Numbered from the stretch's first letter, positions 27,378-34,980 are shown. The stretch: DNA of 64,000 bases from Candidatus Omnitrophota bacterium (GCA_043808175.1 JAZDFE010000002.1:4906-68905), one strand, 5' to 3'. The notes: generated by a model from the letters alone, not told the origin. Made by a program: numbers and translations.

Positions 27378-27755
27378 TCAGTAGGTCCCGTCTTTGATCA
27401 TGTGTTCATCCGAGATCCCGAAATAGTGCGCGAACTCATGAAGAACGGTATCCCGGACCGCCTTCCGAATCTCCCGCCGGCTGCGGCAGGACCGCGTGAG
27501 AGGCCCCCGGAAGACCGTGATCTTGTCCGGGAGAACGCTCCCGTCGTGGTGTGTCCTCTCCCCGAGCGGCACGCCTTCGTAAAGTCCCAGCAGGTCTTCT
27601 CCGGCCCCGGTCTCCTTTTTTTGACGGGCCGATGGCTCCTCCAGGATCACGATATTGATGTTCTCGAGCTTGCGCTTGAACTCCCGGGGAAGACTTTTCA
27701 CCGCGTCCCGGACCAATGCCTCGAATTCCCGCGTCGTCAAAAATCTTTTTTCCAT
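27378..27755 (-). CDS. small zincin-like metallopeptidase family protein (copy 1)
   Basis: 125 aa with C-terminal HEFAHYFG (HExxH). Nearly identical to 31899-32250. Confidence 0.75.
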   Translation of the reverse strand: MEKRFLTTREFEALVRDAVKSLPREFKRKLENINIVILEEPSARQKKETGAGEDLLGLYEGVPLGERTHHDGSVLPDKITVFRGPLTRSCRSRREIRKAVRDTVLHEFAHYFGISDEHMIKDGTY

Positions 27756-27765
27756 TTCAGAACCT

Positions 27766-27835
27766 TACCGGCCGTTGCCGTCTCCTTCAGCGTCGCAAAA
27801 ATCTCGATCTTCCCGATCTTAATTCTGATCTTCAT
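27766..27835 (-). pseudogene. 5' fragment of a cyclophilin-like gene
   Basis: MKIRIKIGKIEIFATLKETATAG, equivalent to the first ~23 codons of 25781-26152, then unrelated sequence. Confidence 0.6.
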
Positions 27836-27914
27836 CCTCTTTCGTTCTCCGTGACTCATTTCACGTTCTTTGTTAATGAAGTGATGTGTCCCCTGATTTG
27901 TGTTTATTGGTTCC

Positions 27915-28256
27915 TTACGCAAAAGCGGTTTTAAGCCAAACATGCGTGGCCGCCACTCTCTCTTCCCGGCGTTTCGGATGGATCACGATCTCCACATCCT
28001 TATCAAGCGCGTTCAAGATCTCGAACAAGTAGTCCAGAGAGAATGCGCTGAGCTTTCCGTTCATGAGGCAGGACACCTTGGATTGAGGGATCCCGAGAAG
28101 TTTGGCCGCCCGTTTTTGCGTCAGGCCCCGTTCCCGGAGGATCTCCGCGATACGAGACATCACTTTCGCGCGGGTCTGAACGCGATCCGGATACTCGGCC
28201 CCGATATCCGCAAAAACATTCCCGCTTCCCCGTTGGATTTTTTCCTTTCCGCTCAT
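27915..28256 (-). CDS. XRE-family HTH regulator (HigA-like, no adjacent toxin ORF seen)
   Basis: Trimmed to the ATG at 28256. GSGNVFADIG...LTQKRAAKLLGIPQSKVSCLMNGKL (HTH_3). Confidence 0.8.
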   Translation of the reverse strand: MSGKEKIQRGSGNVFADIGAEYPDRVQTRAKVMSRIAEILRERGLTQKRAAKLLGIPQSKVSCLMNGKLSAFSLDYLFEILNALDKDVEIVIHPKRREERVAATHVWLKTAFA

Positions 28257-28263
28257 GCTCCCT

Positions 28264-28292
28264 AATATACCATATTTGGTATAATTGCTCAA
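28264..28292 (-). promoter_or_regulatory. putative promoter with embedded operator palindrome for the XRE gene
   Basis: The minus strand reads TTGAGC-17 nt-TATATT. The spacer contains the palindrome ATACCA-aata-TGGTAT (28267-28282). The -10 ends 7 nt before the ATG, so the mRNA may be leaderless. Confidence 0.45.
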
Positions 28293-28565
28293 GTTTAACC
28301 CGGAAAATCCTTTATGTTCTTCCCCATAGTTTACCATGAGGGCAGAGAATGGAGCTTCTGTTTCAAAAGTTTTTGGTCGATCAGCTTCGTTTTATAGGTC
28401 GCGACCTTAATGGGAGACACGGCTTTGCTGACGGCGATTCTCGCGACAGTGTCGCGAGTTTTTCACTGTGCCGGTCACTCTCATGGAATTGCCTCATCCT
28501 CCAAAGAGTAGCGGCAAGGAAGGTTAGCGGAGATCTGCGGCAGCCCGTCCGGACTTCACGATTTC

Positions 28566-28877
28566 CTATGAAAAACTGGGGGGAGATGCTTTTTTCACGG
28601 CTGGAACAACACGGATCTGCACGGTAAGACCCAGAAAACGGAGGACTTTCTCAAGCGCGGCAATGCTTGTGAATTCACCGCTCTCGATCTTGGAAATATA
28701 TTGTTGCGTTACTCCGGCTTTTCCAGCAAGATCCGTCTGGGTCCATCCATGCCGGATCCGGGCCGCAATGATCCGCTTCACGATTTGGAACTTCTGCGTC
28801 TCCAGCTCATAGAGTTCGCGGAAATGAGGATCCTTCAGCTCCTCTTTCAAATGATCGTCGACTTTGCTGAGCCTCAT
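28566..28877 (-). CDS. XRE-family antitoxin (HigA-type)
   Basis: WTQTDLAGKAGVTQQYISKIESGE HTH. ATGA overlap with the upstream toxin ORF. Confidence 0.8.
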   Translation of the reverse strand: MRLSKVDDHLKEELKDPHFRELYELETQKFQIVKRIIAARIRHGWTQTDLAGKAGVTQQYISKIESGEFTSIAALEKVLRFLGLTVQIRVVPAVKKASPPSFS

Positions 28878-29236
28878 AAAATCCCTCTCATCCGTCCATG
28901 CAAATACGCCTCCCGACTCCTGACCGCAAAGGCGATCTCCCTTTCCGGGGTCTGCATGGTCTTTTTAATGAAACCGTTTGTAAAGATGACGTTGCCACTT
29001 TCCACAAAAAAATAAAGCGCCCGAAGCGCTCCTTCCCGGCCCGTCCACCTCAGTTCAAAGATCTTTTGACCGAGGTATTTCACGTAGGGCTCTCTCAAGG
29101 CGTAACCGAACGCCTCCAACAGGCCCCGGACCGCGAAAAACTTCCGCCTCGAAGCGGGCTCCAACGACATGATGAATTCTTTAGCCGGGATCCGTCCCGC
29201 ACCGGTTTCAAGATAATAACAAGTGACGGCGCTCAT
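28874..29236 (-). CDS. RelE/ParE-superfamily toxin (phage Gp49-like / HigB-type)
   Basis: Trimmed to the ATG at 29236. Contains ...IFELRWTGREGALRALYFFVESGNVIFTNGFIKK..TP.REI, typical of the Gp49/DUF891 family. Confidence 0.75.
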   Translation of the reverse strand: MSAVTCYYLETGAGRIPAKEFIMSLEPASRRKFFAVRGLLEAFGYALREPYVKYLGQKIFELRWTGREGALRALYFFVESGNVIFTNGFIKKTMQTPEREIAFAVRSREAYLHGRMRGIL

Positions 29237-29497
29237 GGGAAGTATACAACCAGATAGTTGTTTTTGCAAGGGATGTTCATGAACAGGATATTATGACTAA
29301 ATTAAGCTTAAGTCAATTTTATTTTGCTTTTAAATCATTTTGTAAAAAAACTACCCCTTTCGGACTTGATGACATGGTGACTTGATAGTAAGGCTAGCTT
29401 TAGGCTATGAGCTATCGGGTACGTGCTACGCTCTAAGCGTAGCGGCAGGGAGAGCTAGGATCGAAGTAGGTCCGGAGAGGCGGTGTCCCGGAATAAC

Positions 29498-29644
29498 GAA
29501 AAAGCCGCGCTTAAATGGCGCGGCTTTGTGGAGATAGATCTCCCGGCGCTTTAGCACATTTCCCGTCCCGCAGGACGGTGCTCGCCCACATGGGGTCAAG
29601 CTTTAGCGGAGCAAGTAACCTCTTTAAATCACCGCTTCTTCTAT
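29498..29644 (-). ncRNA. candidate ~150-nt sRNA, copy 1
   Basis: Conserved promoter (29651-29679), several hairpins (CCGTCC-tgcg-GGACGG; GGAGA-tcta-TCTCC; a 10-bp helix with a G-U that is valid only on the minus strand) and the intrinsic terminator GCCGCGC-catttaa-GCGCGGC-TTTTT. About 95 percent identical to 31563-31709. Confidence 0.5.
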
Positions 29645-29650
29645 ATAAGA

Positions 29651-29679
29651 ACTGTAGCTGACCTATCGCGTTTTGACAA
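29651..29679 (-). promoter_or_regulatory. sigma70-like promoter of sRNA candidate copy 1
   Basis: The minus strand reads TTGTCA-17 nt-TACAGT. Both hexamers are conserved in copy 2 while the 17-nt spacer sequence differs. Confidence 0.5.
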
Positions 29680-29715
29680 GAAAGCGAGACCTAGCAAGAA
29701 CTAACAGGAGCCGGG

Positions 29716-29775
29716 GTCATTCATTTCCAACCATTCTTCAATGAACCCGGCACTTAGGGTACCGGCACCGATCCA
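29716..29775. repeat. hairpin module (AT-loop family)
   Basis: CCGGGGTCattcatttccaaccattcttcaatGAACCCGG followed by GGTACCGGCACC. Related module at 30447-30488. Confidence 0.6.
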
Positions 29776-30378
29776 TTAACGTAAATAGGCAAGCACGCGA
29801 TAACTCATCGTTTTGCCCGGTGTTCGGTTGATGATCGTCACCCGTAAATATTTCCCGTAAACGGGTGTGTAAAGCGCTCGGCCCGTGGTCGGCCCCGTGG
29901 TAAGTGTCGCGAAATTCGGATGCCCTTCCCCATTGTCTTCGGCAAGTGAAGCGCCAAACTCCTGAACGCCCTGGTCCACCAAACGCGCGTCCTCACCTCC
30001 GGACTTATGATAGACCGTCGTCATCGCCGTCATCGAGAAATAGGCCTTCAGCTCATACATGGGCGTGATCGCCTGTTTCGTCAAAATACTTTCCGGAAAA
30101 GCTTCGACAAAAAGCGTGATCTCTTCATATCCGCTCACGTCAATATACACGGACTCTTGACTCTTGCCGCTTTCAAGTTGGACTTTGGCGAGAACCTCCA
30201 ACTCCTTTTTTTCTTTGATGACTTTGACGGGAGTGGGCTGCTCTGCAGCTGCAGCAATGACTCCTTGTGTTTCTGCAGCCAAAGATATCCCCGGCGATAA
30301 TACAAGCATGAGGAACCACATAGCATGGCAACATTTTCGAAGGATTCTTGATTCCATGCGGGCCATTATACAGCACAT
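29776..30378 (-). CDS. secreted hypothetical protein
   Basis: 200-aa ORF whose start is uncertain among five Met codons. Signal-like MWFLMLVLSPGISLAAE. No motif recognised. Confidence 0.55.
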   Translation of the reverse strand: MCCIMARMESRILRKCCHAMWFLMLVLSPGISLAAETQGVIAAAAEQPTPVKVIKEKKELEVLAKVQLESGKSQESVYIDVSGYEEITLFVEAFPESILTKQAITPMYELKAYFSMTAMTTVYHKSGGEDARLVDQGVQEFGASLAEDNGEGHPNFATLTTGPTTGRALYTPVYGKYLRVTIINRTPGKTMSYRVLAYLR

Positions 30379-30446
30379 GAAACTTGGATGTTACTAAAAC
30401 GTCCCCACCCTTTCCACTGCGCTTCAAGGGCGATACAAATCATCGA

Positions 30447-30732
30447 GGCCGGGATCATTCATTTTCATCCATGCTTTAATGGACCCGGCTCGATACCGCA
30501 CGCACTGAACGACCCATAAAGCTTAAATGAAGTTTAGTGCTGTCCCAATCAACCCTTAAAATTAATGGGAGGATTGGGACGCGACCTACCTTAAAAAGCG
30601 GCGGTATCGCCTGGTTTCATTTAAGAGATGATTGAGAACCAGTGCTGTCCTGGCCTCCGATTAATTTTCCAATGATAGCCAGGGCGTACTTGTACACAGG
30701 CACAAGTGCTTGGGGTACCGGTACCGGTCCGG
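30447..30732. repeat. hairpin-module array (AT-loop family)
   Basis: CCGGGATC..GGACCCGG; CACTGAAC..GTTTAGTGctgtc (G-T pair valid on the + strand reading); CCCAATC..GATTGGGacgcgac. After that, 30606-30709 is about 95 percent identical to 20943-21046. Ends with GGTACCGGTACCGG. Confidence 0.8.
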
Positions 30733-30733
30733 T

Positions 30734-31033
30734 TTATTTCCTAGCGACCGCTTTAAATCCGACCCCCGCGTGATGAAGTAAGAGAAGGATATTGAGGAAC
30801 CCCGGATTGCCGTTCCCGGAAAGCATCTTATAAAGACTCACCCGGTGGATCTTGCTCGTTCTCGCGAACCGGGTCATCCCTCCGCGGGCGTCGATCACGT
30901 TCTTTAATGCCATCAGGAACGCCTTTTTATCTCCCGCCTCCAGTGCCGCGTTAAGGTACTCTGCCGCCTCCTCGGGATCCTTCAAGGTCTTCAATAACCA
31001 ATCGCGATAGCTGACTGCCGGTGGCACTTTCAT
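30734..31033 (-). CDS. addiction-module antidote protein (HigA-family DNA-binding antitoxin)
   Basis: Trimmed to the ATG at 31033 (ATGA overlap with the killer gene). DPEEAAEYLNAALEAGD...GMTRFARTSKIHRVSLYKMLS. Confidence 0.75.
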   Translation of the reverse strand: MKVPPAVSYRDWLLKTLKDPEEAAEYLNAALEAGDKKAFLMALKNVIDARGGMTRFARTSKIHRVSLYKMLSGNGNPGFLNILLLLHHAGVGFKAVARK

Positions 31034-31353
31034 TGTTTTCTCCTTAGGTAATCTTGCCAATAAAAACAGGCCTTCTGAATATCTTTGTCCTGGGTCGATT
31101 TATCACCGCCGCACAAGAGAATCACAAGCATGGCGCCGTCCAATCCGAAATACACACGGTACCCCGGTCCAAAATGGAATCGCAGTTCCCAAATACCGGT
31201 CCCCACAAGCTTCGTGTCACCAAAATTCCCAAAAAACAGCCGGTCAATACGGGTTTTAATGCGGGTCCGCACCCGGGCATCCTTTAAACTTTCCATCCAT
31301 TCGTCAAAGGGCTGGCGTCCATCCGCGGCCTGATAGAAAAGAACTTCTATCAT
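31030..31353 (-). CDS. addiction-module killer protein (RelE/HigB-like toxin)
   Basis: 107 aa. Contains ...FGNFGDTKLVGTGIWELRFHFGPGYRVYFGLDGAMLVILLCGGDKSTQ..DI, typical of this toxin family. Confidence 0.75.
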   Translation of the reverse strand: MIEVLFYQAADGRQPFDEWMESLKDARVRTRIKTRIDRLFFGNFGDTKLVGTGIWELRFHFGPGYRVYFGLDGAMLVILLCGGDKSTQDKDIQKACFYWQDYLRRKQ

Positions 31354-31443
31354 GCGCGACCTCTATGATCACTAACATGAAGATATCCCATAGCGCCTCG
31401 TTTGTCAACTATAGTTTACACGAATAATATTTAACTATATTCA

Positions 31444-31472
31444 TATAATAATTGATTATTATGGAATGTCAA
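31444..31472 (-). promoter_or_regulatory. possible promoter of the killer/antidote operon
   Basis: The minus strand reads TTGACA (31467-31472), 16 nt, TATTAT, within an AT-rich tract ~90 nt upstream of the toxin ATG. Confidence 0.35.
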
Positions 31473-31562
31473 GAAAGGAGCTTTTAAAAGGTGTGGCTTA
31501 ATGGGAAGGGCTTAATGATCGGGGAAAAAAACGGAAACGGGACAACGCACAGTTTGTAAAAC

Positions 31563-31709
31563 GAAAAAGCCGCGCGATTGAGCGCGGCTTTTCTGGAGAT
31601 AGATCTCCCGGCGCTTTAGCACATTTCCCGTCCCGCAGGACGGTGCTCGCCCACATGGGGTCGGGCTTTAGCGGAGCAAGTAACCTCTTTAAATCACCGC
31701 TTCTTCTAT
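31563..31709 (-). ncRNA. candidate ~150-nt sRNA, copy 2
   Basis: Same hairpins and terminator (GCCGCGC-tcaatc-GCGCGGC-TTTTT) as copy 1. The promoter is at 31716-31744. Confidence 0.5.
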
Positions 31710-31715
31710 AAAAGA

Positions 31716-31744
31716 ACTGTAGCCGGCCTTTTACGTTTTGACAA
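31716..31744 (-). promoter_or_regulatory. sigma70-like promoter of sRNA candidate copy 2
   Basis: The minus strand reads TTGTCA-17 nt-TACAGT, with a spacer sequence different from copy 1. Confidence 0.5.
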
Positions 31745-31847
31745 GAAAGCGAGACCTAGCAAGAACTAACAGGAGCCGAGGTCAACTCCCCCAGCGCCGC
31801 GAAAACCTCGATTTTCCCGATCTTGATTTTAATCTTCATTTTCTTTC

Positions 31848-31892
31848 GCTCCACGCTCCACGTTCCACGAATCCCGAGTCCCGTGTCCCCTG
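31848..31892. repeat. GC-rich heptad repeat block
   Basis: gctCCACGctCCACGttCCACGaatcCCGAGTCCCGTGTCCcctg. Confidence 0.8.
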
Positions 31893-31898
31893 TTTTTG

Positions 31899-32282
31899 TC
31901 AGTAGGTCCCGTCTTTGATCATGTGTTCATCCGAGATCCCGAAATAATGCGCGAACTCATGAAGAACGGTATCCCGGACCGCCTTCCGCATCTCCCGCCG
32001 GCTGCGGCAGGACCGCATGAGAGGCCCCCGGAAGACCGTGATCTTGTCCGGGAGAACGCTCCCGTCGTGGTGCGTCCTCTCCCCGAGCGGCACGCCTTCG
32101 TAAAGCCCCAGCAGGTCTTCTCCGGCCCCGGTCTCCTTTTTTTGACGGGCCGATGGCTCCTCCAGGATCACGATATTGATGTTCGCGAGCTTGCGCTTGA
32201 ACTCCCGGGGAAGACTTTTCACCGCGTCCCGGACCAGCGCCTCGAATTCCCCGATCTTAATTTTGATCTTCATCGGATTCAA
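31899..32282 (-). CDS. small zincin-like metallopeptidase family protein (copy 2, chimeric N-terminus)
   Basis: Identical to copy 1 from EFEALVRDAVK... to HEFAHYFG...GTY, apart from a few substitutions. The N-terminus MNPMKIKIKIG derives from a cyclophilin-like gene start, joined by an ~82-bp deletion relative to copy 1. Confidence 0.7.
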   Translation of the reverse strand: MNPMKIKIKIGEFEALVRDAVKSLPREFKRKLANINIVILEEPSARQKKETGAGEDLLGLYEGVPLGERTHHDGSVLPDKITVFRGPLMRSCRSRREMRKAVRDTVLHEFAHYFGISDEHMIKDGTY

Positions 32283-32320
32283 TTAGGTGATGTGTCCCTG
32301 AAATACCTGGCACCGTTCGA

Positions 32321-32872
32321 CTAGAAAATAATGCATTTATCCAAATCGAAAACGGTGGGTTGAGCGCTTCCCGGTCCCGTGGCATCCAGCGTTCCGTTAC
32401 ATTCGTGGCAATAATAAATGGTTTTAAGATACTTCTTCTCAAGAAGCGGGGGAATATGATCGTAGAATTTCTTATCCCCAGGATGTTGCTCGGCCCAAAA
32501 CGCGTAAAGCCCCTTTTGCTTTTTCGCACCATTACATTCCCGGCATGCCCACACTTGATTATGAATTTCCTGTACTCTCGAGCAATCTGGACACCGCTCG
32601 TTAATCTTGATCGTCTTGGGAACGATGTGCTCCCATTGGAGGGTTTCTTCGCTCCCACAATAAACGCATTTTTTCTCGGACTGAGCAAATTGTTTGTCCT
32701 CTCGCAGAATGTCTGACCACTTCTTCTTGTCAGTTTTTAAATCGCGGAAGGTTTGCTTCACGAACCCGTACGCGCTCTTCTTCGCGTCCTCCCCCATCGC
32801 GCTCTTGGCAATGATCTTCGCGTATTGGTACCAGATCAGATCCTGGATCGTTTTAACGTCTCTGTCAGGCAT
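32321..32872 (-). CDS. HNH endonuclease (small, Zn-ribbon type)
   Basis: CVYCGS...LQWEHIVP...NQVWACRECNGAKK is an HNH core flanked by CxxC pairs. Confidence 0.75.
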   Translation of the reverse strand: MPDRDVKTIQDLIWYQYAKIIAKSAMGEDAKKSAYGFVKQTFRDLKTDKKKWSDILREDKQFAQSEKKCVYCGSEETLQWEHIVPKTIKINERCPDCSRVQEIHNQVWACRECNGAKKQKGLYAFWAEQHPGDKKFYDHIPPLLEKKYLKTIYYCHECNGTLDATGPGSAQPTVFDLDKCIIF

Positions 32873-32884
32873 GAAAATTAGTTT

Positions 32885-33820
32885 CTAGTTAGGTGTAAAG
32901 TTCTTAAATTTTCCGTAGCGGATCTCAAGGCGATCTGGGTCGGGATGATCTTTGTGCGAACGGGGCAGGATCAGCCGCTGATCATTCAAAGCCTGTAGGC
33001 CATGCAACAAAATCGGCCCGTCCTCTTCCTCAAGAACATCTTTTCGCACTTTAATGACATAATCAGGACGTATTCCCAGGACAAAACGATCAAAAGCTGT
33101 GTGATGGAGATTGCATAAAGAAATGCCATTCGGAACGACCGGATCACCCTTGGGTTCTGAATCCGGGATAATGTGAATTGCTTCGAGAAGTTCGGGATGC
33201 CTCAGCCGACACATCGCACACTGCTCCCGGTAAGCTCGTAATACTTGCACTCTAAATTTTTGTTGATGAAGACGATATTTCATTTGAGCCGTCATATATC
33301 GTCTCTTCGCATCTTCCTCTCCGGGTTCGCTGACTTGGTAACCATTTACTCGCATTTGAGCTATACGGGCAACCTTCTCCTCATCAACTAATACTTTAAA
33401 TGTTAGCTTGGATGGATCGTCACCCTCCACAGTAACTGGCCAAACGGGAAAATACTTACCCTCTTCTACACAATACAAATACACAAGAGGCACTTTCCGT
33501 ATCATTGCTTCGCGCAAAGCCGCATTTTGCCAATGGTTTGGATTGGTCCCCATGTATCGATATAGCAAATAACCACTCGGATCATGTTTATCATCATATG
33601 GGGATTCAAGCGCTGTTCTGATCGTCAATGGAAGCTCGGGTAGGATTTCCGGCTTAAAGATCCCTTGCGGCCCTAGTAATCGGATCTTTTTATTCTGGTA
33701 GGGTACGCCCTCGTTAAGTAATTTCCACGGCAGCACTTCCCCATAAATTAGTGTCTGCTCTTTGAGCCATTCAAAAACTCTCAAACGAACTTTTGCATCG
33801 ATGTCGTTTGGGGATTCCAT
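32885..33820 (-). CDS. HNH (HNH_2-type) endonuclease with an N-terminal DNA-reader-like domain; putative type IV restriction enzyme (COG3440-like)
   Basis: C-terminal QKFRVQVLRAYREQCAMCRL...LEAIHIIP...NGISLCNLHHTAFD. N-terminal LLYRYMGTNPNHWQNAALREAM...PLVYL block, typical of this predicted restriction-endonuclease family. Confidence 0.7.
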   Translation of the reverse strand: MESPNDIDAKVRLRVFEWLKEQTLIYGEVLPWKLLNEGVPYQNKKIRLLGPQGIFKPEILPELPLTIRTALESPYDDKHDPSGYLLYRYMGTNPNHWQNAALREAMIRKVPLVYLYCVEEGKYFPVWPVTVEGDDPSKLTFKVLVDEEKVARIAQMRVNGYQVSEPGEEDAKRRYMTAQMKYRLHQQKFRVQVLRAYREQCAMCRLRHPELLEAIHIIPDSEPKGDPVVPNGISLCNLHHTAFDRFVLGIRPDYVIKVRKDVLEEEDGPILLHGLQALNDQRLILPRSHKDHPDPDRLEIRYGKFKNFTPN

Positions 33821-33824
33821 CGGA

Positions 33825-34952
33825 TTAATTTAAGACTGTGGCTGGATTTACGGATTCGCCAACGCTAAGTAAGACGTTCGGATCAAAATCGAGACTATTT
33901 TTATTAGATTCATCAATTTCCCGAATTTTCTCATAACCCAAGAAGCGAATAACTTCATTTAACCGAAGACAGGGGCCCGAAAAGGTGGGACGTCTTAGCT
34001 CATTAAAAACTTTGGTCCGGCGCGTCTCTGAGGCAACAATAAAAAGTGGATAGTTTGAGTTTGGATTTTCTGCTCTTAGATCTGATAGCCTCAAGATCCC
34101 GGAGTAAATCTGGGTAGAATTTTCTACTTCGAAGGCAGATTTGATGGAATAAGGACCAAACTTCCACACGACATCAATATTTTTAATGCTTGGAGGGACA
34201 TCAAGTGTTTCATGAAATTCCGGCAGGACAAGCTCTCTGAAAGTGTGTCCTTCAAATTCTCTGCCCTGGTCATTACGGGGAACCCAAACATCACATCGAG
34301 CCAAACGACCTAACCGAATTAATCGCCACTGCATTTCCGTGTGTTCGGTTGGCGCTTGGGCTATAAACTCCTCCTCTTTTTCTTTGATGCTTTTTGCCTG
34401 CGGAGCGATATTGACCAGTTCTTCCCCTTTTTCTAAGGTCTTGAGCACCCCTAAAATATCCCCGTATCTGCTAAAAAAGTTTTTGACGGCTTCTTCGTTG
34501 ACCATTGAGAAACCACGAGGAAAATAGTTTTCCTTATAACCAAAGAGAACATTTAGCTTGTTAAAAGGGACATTGATGCGTTCATCGTTGACGATAAAAT
34601 AGATAAACTCCCAGGTCGTTCCGCCCTCTTTTTCTTGCCAAAAATACCGCGCGAGGTCCCGGCTGTGCACTTTGGCTGCCACCTCGCCAACAGCGCGGAT
34701 TCTTCCCCCGTTATAGATCAATACCACATCACCTGCTGCCATATTCTCCCAGTTCCGTTGGTTAGATTGCCCAGGAACAGCACCCCAAACAATAAACGGA
34801 GAATTATGGTAGATGTCTTGGAGGTTTTTTATCTCTTGCTCAGGTAGGAACTTTCGGACTTCTTCGAGACTGCGCTTACGCTGGATGGTATCTTCAAAAT
34901 GCCGTTCGGCTGCTAAATTTCCGCCTGCAACGACAATGAAAATCTTTCTCAT
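33825..34952 (-). CDS. two-domain protein: N-terminal PUA-like (EVE/ASCH-type) reader + C-terminal PD-(D/E)xK-like nuclease; putative modification-dependent restriction enzyme
   Basis: N-terminal pattern FIVWGAVPG....NWENMAAGDVVLIYNGGRIRAVGEVAAKV resembles PUA-like folds. C-terminal QWRLIRLGR..CDVWVP...IDVVWK...AFEVENST.IYSGILRLSDL resembles restriction-endonuclease-like cores. The assignment is inferred, not searched. Confidence 0.55.
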   Translation of the reverse strand: MRKIFIVVAGGNLAAERHFEDTIQRKRSLEEVRKFLPEQEIKNLQDIYHNSPFIVWGAVPGQSNQRNWENMAAGDVVLIYNGGRIRAVGEVAAKVHSRDLARYFWQEKEGGTTWEFIYFIVNDERINVPFNKLNVLFGYKENYFPRGFSMVNEEAVKNFFSRYGDILGVLKTLEKGEELVNIAPQAKSIKEKEEEFIAQAPTEHTEMQWRLIRLGRLARCDVWVPRNDQGREFEGHTFRELVLPEFHETLDVPPSIKNIDVVWKFGPYSIKSAFEVENSTQIYSGILRLSDLRAENPNSNYPLFIVASETRRTKVFNELRRPTFSGPCLRLNEVIRFLGYEKIREIDESNKNSLDFDPNVLLSVGESVNPATVLN

Positions 34953-34980
34953 TTGTTCCTCGGTTTTCTTATAAAAACAG

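Noticed and set aside
27737-27943. A 68-aa ORF called on the minus strand.
   Set aside because: Only its C-terminal ~23 codons match a real gene (the 5' fragment of the cyclophilin-like gene). The rest is read-through of intergenic sequence.
28440-28463. A strong hairpin plus T5 (CTCGCGAC-agt-GTCGCGAG-TTTTT) that reads as a + strand terminator in a minus-strand gene region.
   Set aside because: No credible + strand gene or promoter lies upstream, and ORF 28349-28627 runs through it. It could end an antisense or small transcript, but I have no further support.
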